A DNA stretch of 64,000 bases from Vulcanimicrobiota bacterium (GCA_963812155.1 CAWETW010000002.1:96001-160000); one strand, 5' to 3'. Positions 10,101 to 20,700 are shown, counted from the first letter of the stretch. Notes: generated by a model from the sequence alone, not told the origin. Numbers and translations are program-made.

Positions 10101-10765
10101 GGGCTCTCCCTCCGGCCGAATAGCGCCGTGCCGATCCGCACCATCGTCGAGCCTGCGCGCACCGCCTCGCGCCAGTCGCCCGACATTCCGATCGAGAACG
10201 TAGTTCCACCCACGCGGGCGAACGTCTTGGCGGCGAGGGTAAAAGCTCGTGAGATTTCGTCGTGGTCGGCAACCGGGGGAGCGAGCGCCATCAGACCTTC
10301 CAGCGCCAATCCCGGCAGGGCGCGCACGGTCTCGGCCAGGCCCGGCGCGTCGCCGGGCGTGCAACCGAAGCGCTCCAACGGCGAGAGGTTGATCTGCAGT
10401 AGAACGGGCAGGCGCTTCCCGACCGCGCGAGCGGCTGCGTCGAGCGCCCGCGCCGCCTCGAGCCGATCGACGCTCTGCACCACGTCGAACAGCTGCGCGA
10501 CCGCGTTCGCCTTGTTCGTTTGCACGTGCCCGATGAAGTGCTTGCGTACCGGAGGCAATGCCGGGAACGCGCGGCGCGCTTCCTGCACGTAGTTTTCACC
10601 CACGTCGCTCAGCCCCGCGAGGATGGCTTCACCCACCATTTCCAAAGGCTGCCGCTTCGCGACCCCCACGAGCGTCACTTCACCGGGGCGCCGGCCGCAC
10701 GCCGCGAGTTCTTCGTCGATTGCCCGCAGCAAGCCGCGGTAGCGCTCGCCTACGGCATCGCTCAC
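10097..10765 (-). CDS. yggS: YggS/PLP homeostasis protein
   Basis: GENYVQE, HFIGHVQTNK, SIGMSGD, GSTMVRIGTALFG. Confidence 0.93.
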   Translation of the reverse strand: MSDAVGERYRGLLRAIDEELAACGRRPGEVTLVGVAKRQPLEMVGEAILAGLSDVGENYVQEARRAFPALPPVRKHFIGHVQTNKANAVAQLFDVVQSVDRLEAARALDAAARAVGKRLPVLLQINLSPLERFGCTPGDAPGLAETVRALPGLALEGLMALAPPVADHDEISRAFTLAAKTFARVGGTTFSIGMSGDWREAVRAGSTMVRIGTALFGRRESP

Positions 10766-11616
10766 GAGACGGCGGGAACGTCCGCCGCCGGCGCAACCTC
10801 CGTACGCGCCCCCGGACGCGTGGCGCAGTAGACGACCCCGATCGCTCCGATGACGATCATCGGCAGGGCGTAGAGTTGACCGCCGGTGATGCCCATCCAC
10901 GTGAAGTCGGCCTGGCGCCACAGTTCGGCGACGCTGCGAGTGATGCCGTAGATCGTAAACCACGTCCAGCCGACGACGCCGTCCTTGGGTTTGAGGCGAT
11001 AGAGAATCAACAGCACCGGCAACGTGAGAACGTCGAGCACGGCTTCGTACAGCTGTGCCGGGTGACGGTACGACGTTCCCCACGTCATCACGTCCTTGGG
11101 CACCATGCACCACGGATGGTCTGGATCGCAAACGTGTCCCCACAGTTCGTCGTTGATGAAGTTCACCAGCCGAACCAGCGTGATGCCGACCGGCAGCATC
11201 ATTACGACTTCGTCGCAGAGCACGCGAAAGCGAAGTCCGGGATGTTTGCGCAAAAAGAGCGCGATCGCGATGATGACGCCGACTAGGCCGCCGTGAAACG
11301 CCATGCCGCCGTTCCACACCGCGATGAAGTTAATCGGATTGCTCAGATAGAGTGAAAGATCGTGCTTGCTGATGATGTCGTTTATCACGAAGAACGTGCG
11401 GCCGCCGACGAGCACGCCGATCAGGGCGTAAAAGAGAAAATCTTGAATTTGCTCTTTGGTCAAGCCGAGCCGCCGCCGCCCGGCGGGTCGCGCCATCCAG
11501 AGATAGACGCAGACGAATCCGACCAAATAGGCGATGCCGTACCAATGAATCTTCAGCGGCCCGAGGTGAATCGCGACCGGGTCGATATTTGTCGGATAGG
11601 TGAACCAGTGTTGCAT
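10762..11616 (-). CDS. lgt: Prolipoprotein diacylglyceryl transferase
   Basis: IHWYG, GGMAFHGG, RLVNFINDELWG, RHPAQLYE. Confidence 0.95.
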   Translation of the reverse strand: MQHWFTYPTNIDPVAIHLGPLKIHWYGIAYLVGFVCVYLWMARPAGRRRLGLTKEQIQDFLFYALIGVLVGGRTFFVINDIISKHDLSLYLSNPINFIAVWNGGMAFHGGLVGVIIAIALFLRKHPGLRFRVLCDEVVMMLPVGITLVRLVNFINDELWGHVCDPDHPWCMVPKDVMTWGTSYRHPAQLYEAVLDVLTLPVLLILYRLKPKDGVVGWTWFTIYGITRSVAELWRQADFTWMGITGGQLYALPMIVIGAIGVVYCATRPGARTEVAPAADVPAVS

Positions 11617-11660
11617 TCGTACAGGCCTTATTCAGAGGGCAGGATAACCATTTCGGGCGC

Positions 11661-12395
11661 ATGACCTCGACGACGCACATTACGGTCGGCATCGCCTTCC
11701 TGGCCGGGCTCGTTTCCTTCGTATCTCCGTGCGTCCTTCCGCTCGTTCCAGCCTATCTTTCGTTGCTGACCGGCGAGAGTCTCGAAGAACTCAAGGCGGA
11801 GGCCGCGGCGGCGGCTCGGGCGCAGACGTTCGGACATGCCGTCGCGTTCGTTGCCGGATTCAGCTGCGTATTCGTGACGCTCGGCTTGACGGCCAGTGCG
11901 CTGGGCGGCCTGCTGGTCGCACATCGCACGCTGATCGCGCAGATCGGCGGCGTCGCGGTCATCGTTCTCGGCCTGCATATGATGGGCATGATTCGCATAC
12001 CGTTCCTTATGATGGACAAACGGGCGCACGTGCAGCAGCAAGGCCGGCGCACGGTATGGACGTCGCTCGTCGTCGGCATGGCCTTCGCCGCCGGGTGGTC
12101 GCCGTGTATCGGCCCCATTTTAGCGGGAATTTTGGCGATTGCGTCGCAGCAGCGCAACGGCGAAGCGGCCTTGCTGCTCGGCGCGTACTCAGTGGGCCTG
12201 GCGGTGCCGTTCCTATTGGCGGCGGGAGCGATAGGCGCCGTGCTGCCGGCACTGGCGCGTATCAAGCGCTTCTTGCCGGCCGTCGAGTTCGCCGCCGGTG
12301 CCTTTCTGATCGTGGTCGGTTTCGTACTGGTCAACGATGCATTTCTCAACGTCGCAGGATGGTTCTATCAGTTTGTTCCGCAACCGAAACTCTAA
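11661..12395 (+). CDS. ccdA: Cytochrome c biogenesis/disulfide transporter CcdA
   Basis: SFVSPCVLPLVPAY and GWSPCIGPIL. Confidence 0.92.
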   Translation: MTSTTHITVGIAFLAGLVSFVSPCVLPLVPAYLSLLTGESLEELKAEAAAAARAQTFGHAVAFVAGFSCVFVTLGLTASALGGLLVAHRTLIAQIGGVAVIVLGLHMMGMIRIPFLMMDKRAHVQQQGRRTVWTSLVVGMAFAAGWSPCIGPILAGILAIASQQRNGEAALLLGAYSVGLAVPFLLAAGAIGAVLPALARIKRFLPAVEFAAGAFLIVVGFVLVNDAFLNVAGWFYQFVPQPKL

Positions 12396-12855
12396 CCTGA
12401 TCAACGCGTTCGTCATTGCAGCCGTCGCGATCGGCGTGCTATGGCTCGATCAGTTCACCAAGCATCTCGTCTCGACGTCGTTTCTGCCGGGCGAGAGCCG
12501 CTTCGTCATACCGCACTTTTTGAAGTGGACGTACGAACGCAACGTCCACGGTGCGTTCGGCCTGTTCGGCAGCAGCGCCGTGCTCCTGATCGGCATGGCG
12601 ATCGTGGTCCTGGTCCTCTTTTGGTTCAGTTTCCGCGAGGCGGCGGTTCGTTCGATGACCGTGCGCGTCGCGTTCGGTATGATCGTCGGCGGTGCGATCG
12701 GCAATATCGTCGATCGGCTGCACTTCGGTTACGTCATCGACTTCATCGACTTCTACCGCATCTGGCCGAACATTTTCAACATCGCGGACTCGTGCATCAC
12801 GGTGGGTGTGGGCTTGCTACTGATCAGCAGCCTTGTTACACGTCGTCACCGCTGA
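12373..12855 (+). CDS. lspA: Lipoprotein signal peptidase II (start uncertain)
   Basis: DQFTK, NVHGAFG, GGAIGNIVDR, VIDF, FNIADSCI. Confidence 0.93.
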   Translation: MFRNRNSNLINAFVIAAVAIGVLWLDQFTKHLVSTSFLPGESRFVIPHFLKWTYERNVHGAFGLFGSSAVLLIGMAIVVLVLFWFSFREAAVRSMTVRVAFGMIVGGAIGNIVDRLHFGYVIDFIDFYRIWPNIFNIADSCITVGVGLLLISSLVTRRHR

Positions 12856-13732
12856 CGAGGCGGGGCGGCGCACCGACGCCGTCGTTGCGCGGCTAAGCGG
12901 ACGATCGCGGGGGCAGGTCGCACAAGCGCTCGCACGCGGGGACGTACGCGTGAACGGAACGGCGGGCAAAGCCGGGCGTTCGCTCGCCGAAGGCGACGTT
13001 CTCGAATTCGAAGTCGCAGCGCACGCGCCGCCGGTGGCCGTCGCCGAGGCGATCGACGTCCCGATCGTGTACGAAGACTCCGACGTCATCGTGATCGATA
13101 AACCGGCCGGAATGATTACGCATCCCGCGCACGCCGCGCGCAGCGGAACGCTCGTGAATGCCCTGCTCGGACATCTTCAGGGCGCGCTTCCCGGCGACGC
13201 GCTGCGGCCCGGATTGGTGCATCGCCTCGATCGCGACACGTCGGGATTGCTGGTAGTGGCGAAGAATGAGGCGTCGCTCTCCGCACTGGGAAAGTCGATG
13301 AAGGCGCGCAGGATCAATCGCGAATATCTCGGGCTCGTCGTCGGCATTCCCGAACACGTTCGCGGCACGATCGAAGGACCGATTGGGCGCGATCCCAACA
13401 ATCGCCTGAAGTTTGCAATCGTTGCGGACGGAAAGCCCGCGATCACGCACTACGAGGTTCGCGCCGCTTTCCCGCGCCACGCCGAATTGACGTTTCGTTT
13501 GGAAACGGGACGCACGCATCAGATTCGCGTGCATCTCGCTGCGATGAAACACGCGCTCGTCAACGATCGCCTTTATGGAAGGGAAGACGGCCGCATCGAT
13601 CTGCCCGGTCAAGCGCTGCACGCATGGCGCCTCTCGTTCGCGCATCCGCGCACGGGCGAGCCGCTGCAGTTCGAAGCACCGCCGCCCGCCGGCTACACCG
13701 CCGCCCGCGCGTTGCTTCAGTCGGACGGCTGA
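12833..13732 (+). CDS. rluD: RluA/RluD family pseudouridine synthase
   Basis: S4 domain, KPAGM..HP, HRLDRDTSG, LETGRTHQIRVH. Confidence 0.9.
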   Translation: MLHVVTADEAGRRTDAVVARLSGRSRGQVAQALARGDVRVNGTAGKAGRSLAEGDVLEFEVAAHAPPVAVAEAIDVPIVYEDSDVIVIDKPAGMITHPAHAARSGTLVNALLGHLQGALPGDALRPGLVHRLDRDTSGLLVVAKNEASLSALGKSMKARRINREYLGLVVGIPEHVRGTIEGPIGRDPNNRLKFAIVADGKPAITHYEVRAAFPRHAELTFRLETGRTHQIRVHLAAMKHALVNDRLYGREDGRIDLPGQALHAWRLSFAHPRTGEPLQFEAPPPAGYTAARALLQSDG

Positions 13733-13739
13733 GCGCGCC

Positions 13740-14834
13740 GTGGCCGAGCGTTTCTCGTTACGAGCGACCTCCGGCGCTGCGCGCCGGGGATCGCTCGCAC
13801 TCGCGCACGGCACCGTCGAGACGCCGTGTTTCATGCCGGTCGGAACCGTTGCGACGGTCAAGGGGTTGACGCCGGCCGAACTGCGTGACGCGCAGACGCA
13901 GATCGTGTTGGCAAACGCCTATCATTTGTGGCTGCGGCCCGGACGCGGCGTTCTTGAGGGCGCCGGCGGACTCCATCGTTTCATGTCGTGGGATGGCCCG
14001 ATTCTGATCGACTCGGGCGGCTTTCAAATTTTTAGCCTCGAAGGACGGCGCACGCTCGACGAGGACGGTGTGACGTTTCGCTCTCACGTCGACGGCAGCG
14101 AACATCGCTTTACGCCCGCCGGCGTCGTCGCCTTCGGCGAAGCGATCGGCGTCGACGTCGCGATGGTGCTCGACGTCTGTGTGAAGCTGCCCTCTCCGCC
14201 TGCGCAACTCGAGGAAGCCGTCCGGCTCACGACGGCCTGGGCGCGCCGCTCGAAATCCGCCGCACGCTCGCCGGGGACGGCCATGTTCGGCATCGTGCAG
14301 GGCGGCCTCGACATGGGGCTGCGCGAGCGCAGCGCGCGCGAAATCGTCGAACTCGACTTCCCCGGCTATGCGATCGGCGGTCTGTCCGTGGGGGAATCGC
14401 GTGCGGACATGTATGCGACGGCTCGCGCGTGCGCGCAACTGCTGCCCTCCGAAAAGCCGCGTTATCTCATGGGTGTCGGGACGGTACCGGACTTGCTCGA
14501 AGCAATCGACTGCGGCATCGACATGTTCGATTGCGTCTACCCGACCCGGTGCGGCCGCAACGGCCGGGCCATGACGCGGGACCGGCACTTCAACGTCTTC
14601 AACGCCGAGTACGTCAACGATTTCTCACCCATCGATCCGCAATGCGCGTGCGTGGTGTGCCGCTCGTTCAGTCGCGCCTACGTCGCTCATCTCTTTCGCA
14701 GCAAGGAGATGCTCGGCCCGCGCCTGCTCTCATATCACAACGTCTACGTGCTCAACGACTTGTTGCGAGAAGCGCGCGATGCCATCGCCGGCGACACCTG
14801 GCCGCAATGGCGCGCCCGGTTTGCGCCGGCCTAA
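13740..14834 (+). CDS. tgt: tRNA-guanine transglycosylase
   Basis: TPCFMPVGT, DSGGFQ, GIVQGG, GGLSVGE, DMFDCV.PTR, CxCxxC Zn site. Confidence 0.96.
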   Translation: MAERFSLRATSGAARRGSLALAHGTVETPCFMPVGTVATVKGLTPAELRDAQTQIVLANAYHLWLRPGRGVLEGAGGLHRFMSWDGPILIDSGGFQIFSLEGRRTLDEDGVTFRSHVDGSEHRFTPAGVVAFGEAIGVDVAMVLDVCVKLPSPPAQLEEAVRLTTAWARRSKSAARSPGTAMFGIVQGGLDMGLRERSAREIVELDFPGYAIGGLSVGESRADMYATARACAQLLPSEKPRYLMGVGTVPDLLEAIDCGIDMFDCVYPTRCGRNGRAMTRDRHFNVFNAEYVNDFSPIDPQCACVVCRSFSRAYVAHLFRSKEMLGPRLLSYHNVYVLNDLLREARDAIAGDTWPQWRARFAPA

Positions 14835-17602
14835 GCAGTAACGACGGCCGCGCAGTCGGCGCAAATGCCGGGATGGGCCGGATCGATCCCGAGTTCGCGA
14901 AACTTCCAGCAACGCTCGCACTTCTCGCCGTTTGCCTGCGACAACGCACATTCGGCGACGCCTTCCGCGGCGGCGTCTTCTTCGAGCGTGAGCTGCGATA
15001 CGACGAGCGCTTCGCGCAGATTGTCGCCGAACGGCGCCAGACGACGATACAGTGACGGCGAAACGCGCAGGCGCGCCTGCGCCTCGAAATCGCGCGGCGA
15101 TTCGCTCGCCGCGACGCGCGCGCGCAACTCGCGCAGCGTTTCCCACCGATCCAAGTCGTCGTCGAAAGCGCCGGGCTTCGAGTTCGGGCTCTCGAGCGAC
15201 GAATCGAACACGCTCTCGGCGTCGCCGCGGAGCGCCGCCGGCAGCGCCTGCCACGCCTCCTCGCTGGTAAACGAAAGCACCGGCGCGAGCGCCGTGAGGA
15301 ACCGCATGAGGACGTAACGCAACGCCGATTGGGCGCTGCGGCGGCGCGGATCGCTCGCGCCCCGCGAGTAGAGCGGATCCTTCATCGCGTCGAAATAGAG
15401 GCTCGACATCGCGCTTTCGAAGTCGATGATGCGCAAGTACGCATCGTGAAGGTCGAAACGGTCGTACGCCGCGCGAATCTCGGCTGCAAAAGAGTCGGTG
15501 ACGCGGCACGCCAGGCGATCCAATGGCTGCATGTCTTCCGGCGACACGACGTCGCCGGCGGGGAGATCGTCCAGGTTCGACAGCATGAATCGAATGCGGT
15601 TGCGCAGGTTCCGGTAGACGCGGCCGATTTGCTCGACGACGTTCGGCCCGAAGCGCACGTCGTCGAAGAACTCGACCGACGCGATCCACAGCCGCAGAAC
15701 GTCGGCGCCCCACTTCTCCATCGCCTCGCGCGCGCCGATCCCGGTCCCGAGCGATTTCGACATCGCACGGCCCTGTTCGTCATTCACCCATCCGTTTTTC
15801 ACGACGCGGCGGTACGGCGCGCGGCCGCGCAACGCGACCCCGGTGATCAGCGAACTGCGGAACCAGCCGCGGTATTGGTCGCCGCCTTCGAGCACGCAGT
15901 CGCTGGGCCACGGCAGACCGTCGCGTCCGAGTACCGCCAGATGCGTTACGCCCGACTCGAACCAGATGTCGACGATGTCGCGCTCTTTTTCGAAACGCGC
16001 TGCGCCGCAGTTCGGGCAGCGAAGGTGCGGCGGAAGAAACGCCTCCACCGGATCGGTCCACCATGCATTCGCACCGGTTTCCAAGAAGCGTTTGGCGGCG
16101 CGGCGCGCGACGCCGGCGTCGAGAATCGACTCGTTACACTGCAGGCAGCGCAGCGCCGGAATCGGCGTGCCCCACGTTCGCTGTCGCGAGATGCACCACT
16201 CGGGATGCATTTCGATCATCTGACGCTGGCGCTGAGCGCCCCATGGAGGCACGTACGCTACGTCGTCGATCGCATCGATCGCTCGCTGACGCAGCAAGTT
16301 CTGATCCATCGCAATGAACCATTGCGCGGTCGCGCGGAAGATGACCGGGTTGTGGCAGCGCCAGCAATGCGGATAGGAATGCGCGTACTCGCTCGCACTC
16401 CACAAGGCGCCGGCGGCGCGCAAGTCGTCGACGATCGTCGCGTTGGCATCGAAGATGAAAAGCCCCGCGTAGCGACCCGCTTCCGCCGTAAAGCGGCCTG
16501 CAGCGTCCACCGGATTGAGAATCGGGAGGTTGTATTTAATCCCGGTTTCGAAATCGTCGGCGCCGTGGCCGGGAGCGGTGTGCACCGCACCGGTCCCGGT
16601 TTCGAGGTCGACGTAGTCGGCGAGCACGACGTGCGAGTCCCGCTCGATCAACGGATGCCTGACGGCGAGGCCGTCGAGATCTTTGCCGGTTGCCCGCCCC
16701 AGCACCGACGCCTCCGCGAAGCGCGTGCCGAGCGAACGCTCTCCCAGCGACTCCGCAAGCACGACGCGCTCGTCGCCCAAATCGTAGAGCGCATACGTGG
16801 CATCGGGTCGCAGCGCAATGGCCGCGTTGGCGGGCAGCGTCCAGGGCGTCGTGGTCCAGATGAGCATCGAGAGCGGCTTTTCGCCGGCATCGAATCCGCC
16901 GTCGCGCGCGAATCGCACACCGATTTCGCGCGCCTGCGCCGCATCCGCCGGGAAGCGAACGTACACCGACGGCGACACGCGCTGCTCGTACTCGATTTCG
17001 GCTTCGGCGAGCGCCGTTTCGTCGTGGACGCACCAGAGCGTGGAGCGCAGGCCCTTGTAGATCTGCTGCTTCTCGGTCAAATCGGCGAGCGCCGAGACGA
17101 TCGTCGCTTCGAACGACGGATCGATCGTGCGGTAGGGATGCTCCCACAGGCCGAAGTTGCCCATGCGCACGCGCGTCTCGCGCTGACGGTCGAGCCAAAA
17201 GAGCGCGCGTTCGCGACACCGTTCGCGCAGTTCGAGCGGATCGATCGCGTGAAAGTCGCGAATCCCCAAGTGCTTGAGCGTTTCGAGTTCGATCGGGAGG
17301 CCGTGCATGTCCCAGCCGGGCACGAACTTCGCAAACTTGCCCGAGAGCAACGCGATCTTCACGAACACGTCCTTGAGCACCATGTTGAAGAAGCCGCCCA
17401 TGTGGAGATCGTTGTTCGCGTACGGCGGCCCGTCGTGGAGGATCCAGGGATCGGCGGCGGCATTACGCTCGAGACGGCGCTCGTAGGTCCGGTGCTCGCG
17501 CCACCATGCGACGCGTTCGGGTTCGCGCTTGGGAAGCTCCGCCTTCATCGGAAAAGCGGTCTTCGGCAGGTTGAGCGTGCTGCGGTAATCGCGCTCGGTC
17601 AT
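14831..17602 (-). CDS. ileS: Isoleucine-tRNA ligase (type 1)
   Basis: HDGPPYAN, WTTTPWT, GTGAVHTAPGHG, WCISRQR, EGGDQYRGWF, MSKS, C-terminal CERCW..CADC. Confidence 0.96.
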   Translation of the reverse strand: MTERDYRSTLNLPKTAFPMKAELPKREPERVAWWREHRTYERRLERNAAADPWILHDGPPYANNDLHMGGFFNMVLKDVFVKIALLSGKFAKFVPGWDMHGLPIELETLKHLGIRDFHAIDPLELRERCRERALFWLDRQRETRVRMGNFGLWEHPYRTIDPSFEATIVSALADLTEKQQIYKGLRSTLWCVHDETALAEAEIEYEQRVSPSVYVRFPADAAQAREIGVRFARDGGFDAGEKPLSMLIWTTTPWTLPANAAIALRPDATYALYDLGDERVVLAESLGERSLGTRFAEASVLGRATGKDLDGLAVRHPLIERDSHVVLADYVDLETGTGAVHTAPGHGADDFETGIKYNLPILNPVDAAGRFTAEAGRYAGLFIFDANATIVDDLRAAGALWSASEYAHSYPHCWRCHNPVIFRATAQWFIAMDQNLLRQRAIDAIDDVAYVPPWGAQRQRQMIEMHPEWCISRQRTWGTPIPALRCLQCNESILDAGVARRAAKRFLETGANAWWTDPVEAFLPPHLRCPNCGAARFEKERDIVDIWFESGVTHLAVLGRDGLPWPSDCVLEGGDQYRGWFRSSLITGVALRGRAPYRRVVKNGWVNDEQGRAMSKSLGTGIGAREAMEKWGADVLRLWIASVEFFDDVRFGPNVVEQIGRVYRNLRNRIRFMLSNLDDLPAGDVVSPEDMQPLDRLACRVTDSFAAEIRAAYDRFDLHDAYLRIIDFESAMSSLYFDAMKDPLYSRGASDPRRRSAQSALRYVLMRFLTALAPVLSFTSEEAWQALPAALRGDAESVFDSSLESPNSKPGAFDDDLDRWETLRELRARVAASESPRDFEAQARLRVSPSLYRRLAPFGDNLREALVVSQLTLEEDAAAEGVAECALSQANGEKCERCWKFRELGIDPAHPGICADCAAVVTA

Positions 17603-18678
17603 AACAGTTCGCTCAACACGTCGAAATTGCGTTCGGCCGAGGCGCGCACGGCATCGATGCGGCCGGCAAGGTGGCGCGAAAGTTCGTCGCGGCGCGAGAC
17701 GAGCGCGTCGACGATTTCGTCGTCGCCGCCGGCGTCGCGGCGGGGCGCACCGGCGCTCCACAACGGCTCGAGCGGATACTCGAGGTCCGCGCAAAGCGCC
17801 GACACTTTCGGATCGTATGCGAGCGCGAGAAACGGCACCGCCGAGCGCGCCGCCAGCACGAGTGCGTGCAGACGCATCCCGACGACGGCGCGCGCGCCGC
17901 GCAAAATCGCCGCCGCCTTGGGGAGCGGGCATTCCGGCAGCAGCACCGGCGCGGTCGAGCACGACCGAATGATTTCCGTTGAAGCCTCGGCGTCGCCGAC
18001 GCCTCCGAGCGGCAAGAACGCGACGCGAATGCCGTGGCGGCTGGTCAGCCGGTCGACGCAGCGCGCGACGATCGGTGCGGCTTCGCGCAGCGCCGGAACC
18101 TTGCGCACGCTCACGACTGCGTACGGACTGCTTTCCGGCCCTAGCCCTTCGGCCGAGAGATCGAGCGTTTCGTCCGGCACGTCGTAGAGAAAGACCGGAT
18201 CGGCCGTTCGTTCGACCGGAACGTTCGGCACGAGCGACGAGAGCAATGCGCGCGAACGTTCGTCGCGCACCGTCGCCCGCGCGATGCCGCGGCAAAAGCG
18301 TCCCACCAGGATGCGTCCAAAGAAGTCGAGCGGACCGATCGACTGCGCGAAGATCATCGTCTTGCATCCGGCACGCACCGCCTCGCGCACGATGCCGGCG
18401 TAGTACGTCAGGCTGCGAAAACTGGTTGCGTTTTGCAGCAGACCTCCTCCACCGGAAAGCACGACGTCGGCGCGCGCAATCGCAGCGCGTACCGCGCGCC
18501 AATCCCACCGCTGCACGGCGTCAATGCCGTACCGGCGTGCGGTGAGGCCGGGCGACGCCGACAGCACTTCCAGCGCCGTGGCGGGGAATCGCGCGCGCAT
18601 GCGGCCGACGATCACTTCCAGCAGCGCCTCGTCGCCGAGGTTGCCGAAGCCGTAATACCCCGAGAGCAGCACGCGCAT
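17599..18678 (-). CDS. csaB: Polysaccharide pyruvyl transferase CsaB
   Basis: LSGYYGFGNLGDEALL, SGGGGLLQ, AQSIGPL, GMRLHAL, YDPKV. Confidence 0.92.
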   Translation of the reverse strand: MRVLLSGYYGFGNLGDEALLEVIVGRMRARFPATALEVLSASPGLTARRYGIDAVQRWDWRAVRAAIARADVVLSGGGGLLQNATSFRSLTYYAGIVREAVRAGCKTMIFAQSIGPLDFFGRILVGRFCRGIARATVRDERSRALLSSLVPNVPVERTADPVFLYDVPDETLDLSAEGLGPESSPYAVVSVRKVPALREAAPIVARCVDRLTSRHGIRVAFLPLGGVGDAEASTEIIRSCSTAPVLLPECPLPKAAAILRGARAVVGMRLHALVLAARSAVPFLALAYDPKVSALCADLEYPLEPLWSAGAPRRDAGGDDEIVDALVSRRDELSRHLAGRIDAVRASAERNFDVLSELL

Positions 18679-18690
18679 CGGTGAAGCGCC

Positions 18691-20700
18691 CTAACGAACC
18701 GCAAGCGCACGCGCGGCGATCCGGACGCGATAGATCCACACCAGCAGCGCACCGATGACGACGCCCACGACCAAGCCGTTGAAAACGCGCAACAGTGAAA
18801 TCCCCAGCGGCGTGTGCAGGTGCGAAAACGTGTCGATGACGTCGCCGAGTCCGACGCCGGCCCCCAGGGCGAGCAGCCACCCGACGATACGGCGATGCGC
18901 GACGACGAGCGCCGAGACGAGCATCATGCACGGAACGCCGATGAGGAATTCCTTGAAGCGGGGGCGCACGCTGAGCACGCTCGTCAGGGCGTGGCGAAGC
19001 ACGAGTTCGAACTGCGACGGCGACACGTCGCTATCGTTCCCGCTGCGGACCACGAGGAGGGCGCCTGCCGCCACGACGATCAGTCCGGCAAGCAACTGGT
19101 AGGCGAGGACGGGTGAGAGAAAAACGTCGCGCGGACGCTCGACGCCCGACCCGAAGCGGCGATCGAAGATGTAGATGCAGAGCGAGATCAACGGCGGCAA
19201 CGCGAGGATGAGTTTCACCCCGCGGAAACGCTCGATCTCCTCCATTGCCAGCGGCGAACTCATGATTCCGACGACCACGAGCGCGCCCAGCAGTGCGACC
19301 GCAGTCGCGACGAGCGCCCAGCCGATGCATCGCAGCAACTGCGTGCCGGTGCGCTCCGCCGGCTCTTCGGTAAAGGCCGGCATCAGCGCGACGAAGGCGG
19401 CCGTTGCAAAAAGAAGTGCGCCGCATAGCGCAATCACGGAACGCACGAACAGGTCGTGATGCGAGAGCACGCCCGCGGCGTAGAGCAGCACGGTCGAACC
19501 GTACGCCGCGACCGCCCACCAGCGGCGGTACCAGCCGAAAAAAGATAGCAACAGCACGAAGATCGACGGGACGGCCAGGGTTGCGATGCCGACGAGCACC
19601 GCGTTGTTGCCGTGATACAGCGGAATCGGCGTCGCCCGGCCGAGGCGAAAACCAGCCGCCTTGAGTTGGCCGGCGATCTGAGCGACCATCTCGACGTTGG
19701 TTTTTTCGATCGAGAGATCGCCGTCTTGATGTTCCCACGGACGCAAGTAGACGACGCGTACGTTGCGTTCGCGCACGCCCAACGCGTAGCGCGCGACCAC
19801 CTGGTCGAGCTTGATCTTGTCGAGTTCGGTCCGTGCGATCGCCTGCACTCGCACGGTGCGACCCGGGATGAGCTTCGCCAGCGTCTCGCTGCCTTTTTGA
19901 ATTTGGCTGTCGTCGTACGTCTCGATCGCCCCGAAGTTGAAGACGTAACGCTTGAACACGGCCGCCATGTCTTCGAGATGATCCGGATATCCGAGCACCT
20001 GATTGCGCAATCCGAAAAACATCACCGTCGAAACCTTCGCATCGTAGCGAAACACGTCGGCAATCGTCGCTTCGATTTGCGGTTGCGCAAACCGCTCGTC
20101 GTTTTGAAAACGCGGAATAACCAGCAAGCCCAGCCTGCGCGCGAGCAGTATTTGACTGGACGGAATCCCGAGGGCGGTGGTGTTGAAGTAGTCGATTTGC
20201 GTGCGCACCTCGAGCAGCCACGGACGCGTCGCGCGCAATACCTTCACGCTCTTGGGCATGAAGTGCAGCCGCAGTTCGCCGTAGTATCGACGGTAGTTAG
20301 ACCCATCGCTGATCAGTAGATAGACGGCGCCCGGCTCGATGCGCTGCTGCGCGACGAGGCGTGCCAAAAGCGGATCGCGGATCGGCGAAATCTGTGCTTG
20401 CGCGATCAGCGCCGCCCCGGTAGTGGCGGAAGCCTTGCCGTCGTCGCCGACGTTCGCGCCCAGCTCTTCGGTGAGCGCGAGCGACGTCAGGCCGGCGCGC
20501 CGCAGCGCGATAAGGAACGCGGCGGGGTTGTAGTTGTAGGAACGCGCCAGTGCATCGAAGTCTTGGAAATCCATCGCCAGTTCGACGCGCCGCGCGTGCG
20601 ACTCGGTACGCGCGCGATACGCCGCGACTGCGAGTGACGCCGCAAGAGCCACAAGCAAGACGATCGCGGCATAGCGGGTGCGCGGTGGAAAGAAGGTCAC
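18691..20700 (-). CDS. DUF5693-like membrane protein
   Basis: RERNVRVVYLRP, FRGVK, VRPRFKEFLIG, DTFSHLHTP; upstream of csaB. Confidence 0.8.
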   Translation of the reverse strand: MTFFPPRTRYAAIVLLVALAASLAVAAYRARTESHARRVELAMDFQDFDALARSYNYNPAAFLIALRRAGLTSLALTEELGANVGDDGKASATTGAALIAQAQISPIRDPLLARLVAQQRIEPGAVYLLISDGSNYRRYYGELRLHFMPKSVKVLRATRPWLLEVRTQIDYFNTTALGIPSSQILLARRLGLLVIPRFQNDERFAQPQIEATIADVFRYDAKVSTVMFFGLRNQVLGYPDHLEDMAAVFKRYVFNFGAIETYDDSQIQKGSETLAKLIPGRTVRVQAIARTELDKIKLDQVVARYALGVRERNVRVVYLRPWEHQDGDLSIEKTNVEMVAQIAGQLKAAGFRLGRATPIPLYHGNNAVLVGIATLAVPSIFVLLLSFFGWYRRWWAVAAYGSTVLLYAAGVLSHHDLFVRSVIALCGALLFATAAFVALMPAFTEEPAERTGTQLLRCIGWALVATAVALLGALVVVGIMSSPLAMEEIERFRGVKLILALPPLISLCIYIFDRRFGSGVERPRDVFLSPVLAYQLLAGLIVVAAGALLVVRSGNDSDVSPSQFELVLRHALTSVLSVRPRFKEFLIGVPCMMLVSALVVAHRRIVGWLLALGAGVGLGDVIDTFSHLHTPLGISLLRVFNGLVVGVVIGALLVWIYRVRIAARALAVR

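Noticed and set aside
15329..18187. 952-aa plus-strand ORF and many other long antisense ORFs
   Set aside because: Shadow frames of real high-GC genes (ileS, csaB, etc.); Arg/Ala-rich with no motifs
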